From Camelus ferus (taxonomy: Eukaryota): a DNA stretch of 64,000 bases. The stretch covers positions 60,204,001 through 60,268,000 of the forward strand of contig NC_045697.1 of the NCBI RefSeq assembly GCF_009834535.1, in the 5' to 3' direction. The notes beneath the pieces were generated by a model that made no database searches, was not told where the DNA came from, and saw only the letters and a program-made list of their open reading frames with translations. The first letter of the stretch is position 1, and every line of letters starts with the position of its first letter. The position numbers and the translations under genes were made by a program. Shown piece by piece: positions 52,999 through 64,000 of the stretch.

Positions 52999-55989
52999 TC
53001 TCAAAATTGAAGGAAAAAGTATACATCTTCTATATGTTCTTACTAAATAAGATACTACCTCTAGTATCTTCTAATTCACTTGCCAGTTTTGAGTGAGCCC
53101 TAGGGCAAGGGAAGAGTATCTGTTGCATGCTTCAGTGCAAATGATCCTTCCAATTGGCTCTTAAGGCTTTGCATAATCAATTGTCCTAGAGAATGCAGTA
53201 GCAGACAGAGATGCAATATCGACTCTCAAAAAAAAAAAAAAATGCAAAAAACAAAGTCATAGCATTAGTTCTTTACTTTTGTGGGCAAAGCCATGCTTTT
53301 TGTTTTTTGTTTTTTTTTTCCAGAAGTAACTCTTGTTTTGAGAATATTTCTCCTTTCAGAGATACTAAACAAACAAAAATAAACAAACAAATAAATAAAA
53401 GTTCTCCCTGTAGTCACCCCAAAGACTCTATTACATTAATCACTATATTTTAGGATATGAACTGTTTCGATTAACCATTCCTGAATCCCAAATGCCCCTG
53501 GAGCTGGAGTGGAGTATAGAACCACCTGTCTCAAATGAAAGCCAAATCAAACATGGAAGCAGTTTAATATTAGCAAAAGAAAAAGAAAAAGTAGAAATAA
53601 AAAATTCATCTCAGGTTTCCATTTACCTGTCATCACAGTTTCTCTGATTGGTAAGATCCAGAATTGCATCTGGAGATTCAAAATTGTGTCTGAAGTAAGA
53701 GCATGTCTTTGTCTTAAAGGTGAAAGGTAAGTCAACACTTTGATATGCACTCAGGATACTAAATATTGAAATAAAATTGCCACCCACTTTCCACACTCTG
53801 CATAACTCTGGGTCATGCTATTATTATTTTTCCAGGTAAATGAGAAACATTGTTCATATCTGTTCCTTTTTTATCATTTTTTAAATCTCTGTGCCCTTGA
53901 GCTCCCTCCTCTGAGTGGTGTGGAATGATAATGAGGGGTCTTGTCCTCACCCTGGCACATATTTTAGGATAATTTGATGGGGATCTGAACACCTTTTGTG
54001 ATTCCAAGCAGAAAAGATTTCCTTTTCATACAGCAGTCACAGCATGTAATTGATAATATGTCTTTTATATTTCATTTTTCTGACTTCTTACTATATTATA
54101 TCTTTAATTCAGATGGCTTTTTTACTTATGAATTACTATGAGTAAGGTATAGCAATATAGATAGAGGGAGTACAAAGGAGGCTAAACCTAGGCATAAGGT
54201 TTAAAAATTTCGTCACTTCACTGGACTTTCATAGCAAACAAGATGGCAACTCTTTTGATTGTAATTACAATTGTGTTAATTATATGTCCAAATTTTTCTA
54301 AAATCCAAAATCAATAAATATTGTGAGCCTGATAAGACAGCTTCACTTTAACTGACTATTTCAAAGACCTTTTCTTATAGCTTTCTAAAGTATAATTTTT
54401 GTTTGTGAAAAACATAAAATCCCAGTCTTCGCAAACACTATCAGCATGATTGCAGTGCATGGTCAATTTAACAGAGTAACCTAAAATTGTTCACTGAGGG
54501 TATGATTCTTTTTCCAAGGGTTTAAGAGTGCAGGATGTAAACAGAATGAACAGGATCTCCTTACTTTCGTGTATTTTTACCGTGAGAATAGGTTATATTA
54601 TATATGAAATCAGGCATATCCACAGACTGGGGTGAAAGCTAACAGGAAATATAAAAATAAGAAAACAACACTGAAAAATAACAGGAACCTTGGTGGTATT
54701 GTGTAACATTTATTTTAAAGATGAAGACACACTCTAGATTGATTTTAATAGCTAGGAGCAGGGCATGAGGAGAAGTGGCAGGAGATTAGCAGGAAGGAAG
54801 TAACTGTTTATGAAGACCTAAAGGACATAGACTTAATCTTCCTTATTCCACTTAATTTTCTCAGCAACATTTTATTCAATAATCATTTCATGCAAGCTAA
54901 AGCTGTGTTAAATAACTTCCAAAAAAGTTTTAGAGTTCAAGTGGTCAGAACCGAGAAAGAAGTGAATGCATTATCGTTTTCACAGCTAGCACCAAAATTC
55001 CTTTCGAAGGAAACTTTCTTGTTGAGGAGGGTGTTTTTATAGGCCGATCAGCGTAGAAGACACGGACTGTGGAAACAGGCGAAAGTGGGAGCTCCAATCA
55101 CAAGAGAAAAAACACTTAAAAAATTCTTTTCATTAAAAAAAAAATTGAGGAGCCATTATTTTGGTTTCCTCATGAAAGTGAGATCAGAAACAGATGAAAA
55201 AAGTAAGCAAAAATTGAAACCAGAGAGTTTTGTAATACTGGGCTCTAAATGAGCAAAAAAATCCAAAGATGACCCTGGATAGATAAAGAAACTTTAAAGA
55301 ACAAGAATTCTGAGTGCAAAGCAATCTGCTTTGTGTTCCTCAGATCCTCAGTTGAGGCTGATGAAAACCCGGTCAAGAGAGTTTTGTGGCTGTAGTTGTT
55401 TGGTGAGATTTGAACATTGGTCTGGTTTTCAAACCGGAAAGACGTTGTGTAAAGCAGGCACACATATGTTGGGGGAAAAAAAAAAGCCTTGGGTTTGAGC
55501 TCTCTTGGTTTTTCACAGAATTTGTTCTTCTTGTAAATTTACCTGGATGTTAAGATTGAGAAAAAGTCATCTAACACCTCTCTCATTTGACTTGTTTTCT
55601 AAGCTGTTCAGTAAATAACTTACAGAAAAACATGATTTAGGTAAATTTGATCTAAAATATTGCTACAAAACCTTTTGAAAATTTAGAGTGAATTAGTGAT
55701 GATAAATAAATATATAAATTTTAAAGAAAGAAAATTATGCAGTTCTATTTGTTTAAAATATGTATTTTAAATTAAAGTTTTTCTAAGTAAAGATTATGTC
55801 AGCTTGTTTAAATAAATAGATAAAATAAATTTGTAATTAGGAGCATCTGTTTGGTTATAAACACACATATGTTATAGCCCATAAACTGAGATTATTCTCT
55901 TAAGTAACATATTCCCTATAGTACTTCTTACAATTTGAGTCTGTTTAGAAAAACAACTTTCGAAAATATATATTGAAGTGTTCTGCATT

Positions 55990-56780
55990 ATATAATGGTT
56001 AAGACAACAGGATATATATTCAGGAGAATATGGTTCAAATCCTAGCTAAGCCACCTTAAATCTGTGTGTATCTGGGCAAATTTCTTATCTTCTCTGAACC
56101 TTTGTGGCCTCTTCAAAACAATGGTGCTTTAGCTATTCAGCTCTAGGTGATGAACCACCCCAAGCTTTGAGGTAAAAGCGATAATCATGTTCATACGCTC
56201 ACTATTCTATGCAAGAGGAATTTGGTCCTGGCACAAGGGGATTGTGGTCTCTGATTCACAATATCTGGGGCCTGTCGTCTGGCTTTTGACTGGGCTCTGA
56301 TGGTTCTTTCCTGACCATGCCTGCCACCTTCATGCTCTTGGCCTCTCTTTCTCCATGTAGCTCCTCATCCTTCAGGGTCTTCCTTAGTTGCTTGAGCTTT
56401 TCATAGTACAGTGGTCTCAGATGTCCCTATGTCTTACATGGTGACAGGTTCCTGAGAGACAGGCAATAGAAGCTGCCAAGCCAGTTAAGGTCTATAAGAA
56501 ATGGTACAGTGCTGCTCCCACTGTGCTGTTTATGAAATAAGTCACAGGGCCCCACCGGAGTCAAGGGAGTAAAGAATAGACTGGACAGTTTGATGAGGAG
56601 TGGAGAAGTCTCATTGCAAAATAGCAAGTCCAAAAGGAGGTTGGTTCTTGCTATTTTTAAGAAATACAATATGTCACATGGGATAATGATGCCTACATTA
56701 TGAGGACTTTGTGAAGTTTAAAAGGTGTATCAGGGTCTGGAACACACCAAGCACTCCATGAATGATGGCAGTTTTATTAC
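55990..56780 (+). mobile_element. MIR SINE split by an MLT1 LTR
   Basis: 'ggttcaaatcctagctaagccac...aaaacaatgg' before the LTR and 'tgggataatgatgcctac' after it. Confidence 0.8.
56125..56678 (-). mobile_element. MLT1 (MaLR) LTR
   Basis: 'gaaccaccccaagcttt', 'ggcctctctttctccatgtagctcctcatcc', 'taagtcacagggcccc...tcaaggg', ends 'tgtcaca'. Confidence 0.85.
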
Positions 56781-58629
56781 ATTGAATAGCTCAGTTTGGA
56801 TTATCTTAAATTCTCAAATAGTGAAGTTGAAATTAGGACTATTTGAAAATTAGTGTGATTTGACTGTAGTGCTAAATCAAAGTGAAAAGATAATTAAAAT
56901 AATAGAAGTCTAGTATAAAATACATAAACCCTCAGTACAATTTTTAAAATTACTCTTATAAATGGCATGCATTAACACCGTCAACTCTTCTTGGTTGTTG
57001 TTCTGATCCCCCCAAGAAAGCAGGGGAGTGGGCGGTTCTGAGGCTCACCTGCATGGGAATTTGTTGAAGGGTCAGGAGATACCTTGCAAAGGGCAAGATT
57101 TCTATCAGAGAAAACTCAGAATGATGAGAAACAAGGGATTGGGAAATCCAAAGCCCTTTGGGAAATGCCAGTTTCAGTTTTTATTATAGCAAATTCCACA
57201 TGCCAGTGATAAGAGGCAGAACTGAAGTAGGTGCCCATGTTTGGAGCTGGCTTATATTAGGTCTAGATATAGATTGGGTGGCAGTGGTGGCGGTGGCAAT
57301 CGTGGGGCGATGGTCATAAATAACACTGAGCCTTCAAACTTACTTTCTTTGATTGAAGATATAGTTCTCTCCCAGTTTTAAAATGAGCAACTGAGTCTAG
57401 TGCAAGATGTGGGAAGGCAACCTTAGCTGAAATAAATATTGGGAAGAATAATAGCCGCAGGTTTTAGCCTCTCCTGTTCATTAATAGTAGACACACTGTT
57501 CCTTTCAGTTTGGGTTTATTTTTGTGATGTCTTTGATAACTCGTCAACGGGACACCAAGCTGAAAGATCAAAAAAGTAATGTGACTAATGTGAACTGTTC
57601 TAACTTAACAAAGATGGAAATGATTGGAGTATGTTTACCTCTCTCTTTTTCTGGTAAATCTGGGTATAGAAAGAGTATTTTCAGGAGCATGAGTCACATT
57701 TTTATTTATATCAGCACCTACGTTTTTTCTTGCGTTGGCTTGCCACAGACTTGGGGAAGTAAAGCATTATTTGTTTCCAGTTTGGTACTAATGTACATGA
57801 CTAATGCACTAATAAATATTGCAAGCAAATCAATTGCACTTCCTAATAGTAAGGTGAACAGCAATAGCTTTTTATGCAGGATCATAGGAGATTGAGCACT
57901 AAACCTGAAAAGGGATGATTCTAACCCTGACATTTCATTATTTCTTGGGATTTGTGCATCTCCCTTAATGTACAGTTAATGTAATTTGAGGTTATGAATC
58001 TTTTTTATGGTCTTCCTTTATACCCTTAAAGTAACAAATCTCAAGTTTTGACTCTAGCAGAAAACATTCACAGAATTCTGACTAGGAAACTAAACACTGA
58101 GAAATTTTCATTCTTTCCTGGGGAGAATGTATAAATCCTATTTATTTTTCATTGGAATATATACGTTGGGTAAATAATGTCTGACATGTATTTGTTGCTA
58201 GTAAAATTCTCAGAATCTGTCCCATTCAGTTCATTGTTTCTGCCAGGGAAGCATGGGGTGGAAAGAAAGAAGAAACAATGGAAATACTGGTTTTAGCAGT
58301 AAATGCAATGTGATTGATCATCCCAGGACTCTCTGTGCCCACTGAGTTGTGTTCCCAGCATCATTTTAAAATACCTCTGCACCTTATGTGACCAATCCTG
58401 TAAGGAAGCCAAGAGAGAATGGATTCTCTTCGGAGGTTTTGAAACATATACAAAGGAGCATTTCCCATTCATTTCAAATCTGAATGATACTAAAATTTTC
58501 TTCAGAAAAAAATCACTCTCCTACACAAATATTTTTCCCAGTGTGATACAGATTTATTGACATTTTAGGAAACATATCTGTGTGTGTGTGTTTAACCACT
58601 AAGTAAAAATGTTCCTTTGAGCATTATCA

Positions 58630-59090
58630 TTGTTCAAATGCATGAACCAAAGATCAGAAGAGACATTCTCACACTCAAGCCAAGTCAGTTTGTTTAGCTA
58701 TCTGCAGCAGAGGACAACACATACCAGGAAAAATTGGGGTTACCTTAGCAAGGGGAAGATGAGAGGACTTCCGTGATTTGGGGTTATACATTCAGTAATT
58801 TTATGAAGAAATTAGACAAGTAGGGACCAAGCCTGGATTGGATACTGTCAGAAGGTGGGGGAAATGTGTTGATCTGATGTTTTAACCACTTTTACTCAGG
58901 AGGAAGGAGGATTAAGTCAAGGCAAGGCGTGGCATTGGTAGAAGCACAAAAGCAGTCATTGCTCAGAAGGAGGGGATTAGTCATGTTTGCAGTTACATTA
59001 TGGCCTTGACTGTGTCCTATGAGAAACAATGTTTATGTTCTAATGATGTGATTCTCAGTAGGGCTGATTTTCACTTAACTCATTATGCTG
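58630..59090 (-). mobile_element. LTR78-like ancient ERV1 LTR
   Basis: 'ggattggatactgtcagaag', 'ggcattggtagaagcac..gcagtcattgctc...aggggattagtcatgtttg'. Confidence 0.6.
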
Positions 59091-60064
59091 GAAAAATACA
59101 GAAGAACTTTTAGCCCACACTTTATCTTTTTCAGAGGTATGCATTTATCAGGATTTCAAAATTCTTAAGAAAATCAGTATCAGAAATGAATCTATTAGAA
59201 CAGTTAGACCAAAACTACTTTAGATAGATGGTTGATAAATAGATATAGAATAGATAGATGTATAACATAAGGTATATATCTTTATATAAGTATTGTATAG
59301 ATATAATAGACTTAGGTCATATGTAACCTAACAAATCATCTACATAAATTTGAGTCAAGCTATAAGCAAGGTATTTGCAGTTACAATGAGATTTATCGTT
59401 ATAATACTGCAGAGATCCCCAGGACAATAGTTTGCTGCACAATTCAGCCTCTGTATTTATAGGGATTTGTTTTAGAGTGTTGACAGGTATAAAATACTGT
59501 TAATCCTAAACCTAGGAATAAGGAAGTTTAATGTTGAGCCTCAGGAACCGCATTAAATAAAATAACCCAAAGGACAATTTGAAACTTCCTATAGAGAGGA
59601 AACCAAGAGAAGATATATAAGGAGTCCAACTCCATCTGCTTTGATCAGTCCTCACAGAGACACATATAATAATATCAGACGTTTCGTATGGACTCAGATA
59701 CCACTGTCCTCTTCCTGTCTTGTCCTTTCTCTGCTCACCCATTTTTCAAATTTCTTTCATCCTTAGTGTTCAGATCCTGCAACTATTACAATTTGACAAA
59801 GAGAAGTATGTCTGAGGCTGTGATAGTTAACATATTGAATATATTTTAAAAGGAGAGAGAGAGAAAGAGAAAGAACAGTATCAAAATATCATCATGATAC
59901 AGGGTCATTCCAAACAGAGGTCCAGGATTGCAAGAAAATATCTGCTTTTGCTCACCATTAGAACATCAGTATCTAGTACAGTGCCTGATATGATGTGGTA
60001 TTCACAATATTTGTGATGTGAATGAAAAGATCCATAATGAAGAGTTATGATTTATGACACATTA

Positions 60065-60420
60065 TCTAGGTTAGGTGTCATAATAGTGTGCTACACAGAG
60101 CAGTGATAACAGTCCCCCCAAATCTCAGTGATTTATAACAAGAAGAGTTAGTTTCTCACACATCCTACGTAACTGTCATGGGCTGGCTGTAGATCTATTT
60201 TGCATTGGCAGCTTTTGGAACTTAGGCTAATGGAAGAACTTCTGTCCTGGAAAATTGCTAACTGATAAGATAGAGGGAAAAAATACTGGTACTTAAAATT
60301 TTCTGCCACATTTCATCGGCCAAATCAAGTCATAAGACCAAAACTAACAGGTGGAAAAGAGTAATAGTACCTCAGAAAAGGCAGAAACTATTTGTGAGTG
60401 ATTATATAATTTTCCATATT
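60065..60420 (-). mobile_element. MLT1J/K/L-like LTR
   Basis: 'ataacagtcccccaaatctcagtgatttataacaag...ccacatttcatcggccaaatcaagtcata'. Confidence 0.75.
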
Positions 60421-61936
60421 TGTCCTAACTACTACTAAAAATATTTGAAAAAAAATCAGAGACACATAAGATTTTGGTCCTAAAAAGATGATCACTAGAA
60501 AGTCATTTTAAGATTTATCTTAATACTTTAAATTGCCCTGTGATGAGAAAAGCTAAAAGATCCTAAGCAGGCATTAATAAATTAAAACAGGATTCTTTTA
60601 AACTGTGTATAATCAGTTGCATAAGTCAATTTGGGATTTAGACCTTTTTTTTACATTTACAGAAATAAATTACATGATCCTTTCTATATGCCTTGTAAAG
60701 ATATACTAGTAAGAACGACAGAGTTCCAAAACTTGAAATTTTGAAGAAATTTTTTGAGGGAAGGAAACACAGCCATTTGAGAGTTTGAAAACACAGCTAT
60801 CCCACAGATAACCTATTTAGAGTGCATATAGTTCAAAGAAGCTGCTGTGTATTACTAACACAAATACCTCCTAACGCGTGAAGCATGACAGCCTGTCGGG
60901 GCATCAGTAAAATTACTGTGAGTCTGACATATTCAATAAAACCCTTTCAGTCTTTCATAACTACAAGTGGTTGAGAATAAAGTTTTAACCAATTTGGATT
61001 TTTTTTTTCTTGTTGCCAGTAGTAGTCATATTCCCAATAGGCAATTTCATTGGTGACACTTGTATTGAAGTATGAGAATGTCAATGAAAGTTCTTTTAGA
61101 TGAACTTCATTGACAATGTATTTAACTATTATTATAATTTACCAATTCAAAGAGAATGCATTTATGATCCTTTTCTTACTGTTAACGATAAAAATGTTGT
61201 GTTAAATAGCTGCCTATCTCTAAATCACGTTCATCCTTAAAGACCTTAAGAAGCCACCTTTTTTGCATAACATTCTTTACATTTATTCTAAATCCCATTG
61301 ATCTCTGTTTTTCTGCACAGACAGCACTTTGGTGTGTAGACTACTGATTTGTTATTTAATAATGTGTACCAGCTGGAATTGTTCCCAGGGTAACCTTGTG
61401 TCTACAAAAATTGTTTTTACTCTCGCCATCTTTATCCACACTGGTTAGTGTTAGCAGTTGTAGAAAGAGCAGCCACCAAAACCTTATCACCTACTATAAG
61501 CAATTCGCTATGCTAGACTTTTGATTTCATTAATTACTAATAAATCCCATTGAGACTTACAGTTCCAAGCATGGATCTAATCTCTTGTAATGTAGAGGTG
61601 AGCAATATTGACAGAGCCTTTATTTTTATATTTAATATTAATATTTAATAGGTACAACAGCTTTGTAAGATTGGTATTATTATTATTATTTTTTTTTTTT
61701 GTAGATGAGAGAAATAAGTTGAATAAGTAGGGCAGGAGTGAGCAACTTTCTCAGGTGAAGCTCTTCTAAGCGTCTGAGTGTATTAGTTTGCTCCGGTTGT
61801 CATAACAGTTTGCTTTCTCACTATGTTAATGTTGCTTGACTGCAGTCTCCCTTTTCATCTTTTCCACTTCTACATGATTTACTGCACATGGCCTGTGAGT
61901 CTCTTCCTCAAGAAAACTGCTTTCTCCTTTACTTTT

Positions 61937-62522
61937 TTTAAAGAAGCTTTATTGAAGTATAATTGATATACCAAAAAAAAAAAAAGAACATATTTAGTAT
62001 ATACAATTTGATGAGTTTGGACATATGCCTATATCCATGAAACTGTCACCACAATTAAGGTAATAAAAATATCCATCACTTCCAAAACTTTCCTCTTGTT
62101 CCTTTTTGTTTGTTTTTGTTGTAAGAACACTTATCATGAGATCTAATCTCATAACAAATTTTTAAGTGTATAATAATAAATTGTTATTTATAAGCACAAT
62201 GTTGTACAGTAGATATCTAGAACTGATTTGTGTAATGGAAACTTTATATTGACCAACAGTTGTCCATTTCTCCCTTCCCTCAGTCCCTGGCAATCACTAT
62301 TTTACTCTCTAAGAGTTTCATTATTTTAGATTCTTTATATAAATTGAATCATACAGTATTTTTCCTTCTGTGACAGGCTTATTTCACTCAGCATAAGGTC
62401 CTTTCAGTTCATCCATGTTGTTCCATATGGCATGATTTTCTTCTTTTTTAATGCTGAATAATATTCCATTGCATCTGGAGATAACCTGCATGGCCATCAG
62501 TGGATGAATGGATAAGAAAATG
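61937..62522 (-). mobile_element. L1MA/MB-like 3' end with 5' inversion and 13-bp TSD
   Basis: Antisense L1 3' end 61937-62472; sense-oriented L1 piece 62476-62522; TSD ctcctttactttt 61924-61936 and ctccttcactttt 62523-62535. Confidence 0.92.
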
Positions 62523-62881
62523 CTCCTTCACTTTTGTTAGGACAGCTTTCCTAGCATCATTCTGCCATTTCCATCCTGAGTCATAAAGAGACCCATAGAC
62601 CTAACAGTCTCTCCATCATTGAGGACAGGTCATTTAGAGACTTGTTCCCAAGCAGTGTGGAAGCCAACTTAAAGACTCTTATGAATGACACAGTTTTCTT
62701 GCTTCTCAAAAACAAAGCAAAACAAAATAATCTTTCAGTGTTAAATTGAGAATTTTTTGAAACAATGTATACTTCCTTGGTTACAACTGTATATGAATAG
62801 ATTGGCATCAGCAGAAGAATTTTCAAATGAAAACAACTGTACACAGCTATTTAAGCCATTTTATTCTAATTGCATTTCATC

Positions 62882-62913
<32 letters not shown>
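62882..62913. repeat. (CAT)n trinucleotide microsatellite, ~10 units
   Basis: Directly visible; it produces the spurious poly-H/S/M ORFs. Confidence 0.98.
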
Positions 62914-62914
<1 letters not shown>

Positions 62915-62966
62915 CACATTGTTGAAAACCCATTATGGACCACATGGCATAAACATTGTTCCTGCT

Positions 62967-63027
62967 TATATCAGTTAAGATTCTCCATGGAAAGAAAACA
63001 AATAAGATATTTAAATTGTGTGTGTGT

Positions 63028-63108
<81 letters not shown>

Positions 63109-63465
63109 CTGTCTATCCATCTAGAGATTAGAGTGACAAAGATTTTAAGAAATTGACTCACATAATTGGGAAGGCTTACAAGTCCAAAATTGAAGGGACA
63201 GTTGATGTTGCAGCTTGAATCTGAAGGTAATCTGGAAGCAGAATTACCTTTTCCTTAGGTGACCTCAGTCTTCTTTGACTTAATGAAGACAACTGATTGA
63301 ACGAGACCTATCCACATACAGAGAAATCTGCTTTACTCAAAGGCTGCTGATGTGAACGTTAATCTCATCTAAAAAATACCTTTACAGCAACATCTGAACT
63401 AGTGTTTGACTAAACCATCAAGTGCCATGGCCTAGTCAAATTGATACACAAAATTAACCATCACA
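62967..63465 (-). mobile_element. MLT2B-like ERVL LTR with internal (TG)n(TA)n expansion (63017-63103)
   Basis: 'aatctgctttactcaaagg..ctgatgtgaacgttaatctcatctaaaaaatacc...tgatacacaaaattaaccatcaca'. Confidence 0.9.
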
Positions 63466-64000
63466 CAGAACATGGGTTTAAAGCCAAGTCAGCCTCTCCA
63501 GAAAGTCTCAAGTTTTTCCATTTTAACTTGCTGACAAGCACAATGCTTTGTGTATAGAGAAAGAGCAATACTTTTGATTGAATGCATAAAATAACAGACT
63601 TTTCCCCCTTCTCATCTTACATGGTGTTATTTATTATTCTAAGCTAAATTGGAACCTCAATGTGATGTAACCATTTTGGTTTGTCTCTTGATAGTTAATG
63701 AGAGTTATTTGCCACCAAGACTATCCAAGTCAAAATGATTATAATCAGTTCCAAAGTTATATTTTGATTGCAATAAATAGATCAAATGTTCATTAATATT
63801 GAAGCCAGAATGCTAAATCTACTGTTTTTCCCTCATTTACTTTTTTTAACATCTAAAAAATTTTAGATAAGACCTGATTTATTTCAGCTACATTTGGAGC
63901 TTGTTTTATTAGAATAAATATAAGAAACTATGAAATGTGCACATTAAGTGGGAAAATTGTGTCTTGAAGAAAAGAACACCCCCTGACTCTCCCATTCATT

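Larger units (their letters stand above)
51640..53060 (+). mobile_element. Highly degraded ERVL-type pol (reverse transcriptase) remnant, split by an LTR and a SINE
   Basis: 'acttgaaagatgtgatagtgattcc'; LEIDFFFPTPSG/NNLPQKGFAFA* across the LTR (cf. ERVL RT DLANAFFSIP..QKQFAFSW); 'agagggttaaagataaatt'. Confidence 0.65.

Noticed and set aside
62757..63161. Poly-His/Ser/Met ORFs
   Set aside because: Translations of (CAT)n, (TG)n and (TA)n microsatellites.

Overview
AT-rich, CpG-depleted mammalian genomic DNA, almost certainly camelid (alpaca/llama/camel). The lineage call rests on three tRNA-Ala-derived SINEs with the camelid-type 'taaacctaattatctccccc' tail and on young L1 3' ends. I find no protein-coding gene, tRNA or rRNA gene, CRISPR array or intact retroelement. 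The only ORFs in the track with recognisable homology are C-terminal fragments of LINE-1 ORF2p. The window looks like a large intron or gene desert. It holds layered transposon fossils (young and old L1, L2, MIR, MER58, MaLR/ERVL/ERV1 LTRs) separated by repeat-poor stretches with enhancer- or promoter-like motif clusters. The best-supported observations are: (i) a twin-primed 5'-inverted L1 with its target-site duplication (TSD); (ii) an ancient ERVL reverse-transcriptase fossil whose reading frame is restored when a nested ERV1 solo LTR is removed; (iii) recent insertions with perfect TSDs; (iv) a 52-bp alternating purine/pyrimidine near-palindrome; (v) speculative non-coding exons and regulatory clusters. 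I see no convincing evidence of a novel biological system. Repeat family names come from recalled consensus sequences and need RepeatMasker/Dfam confirmation. Boundaries of old repeats are approximate.
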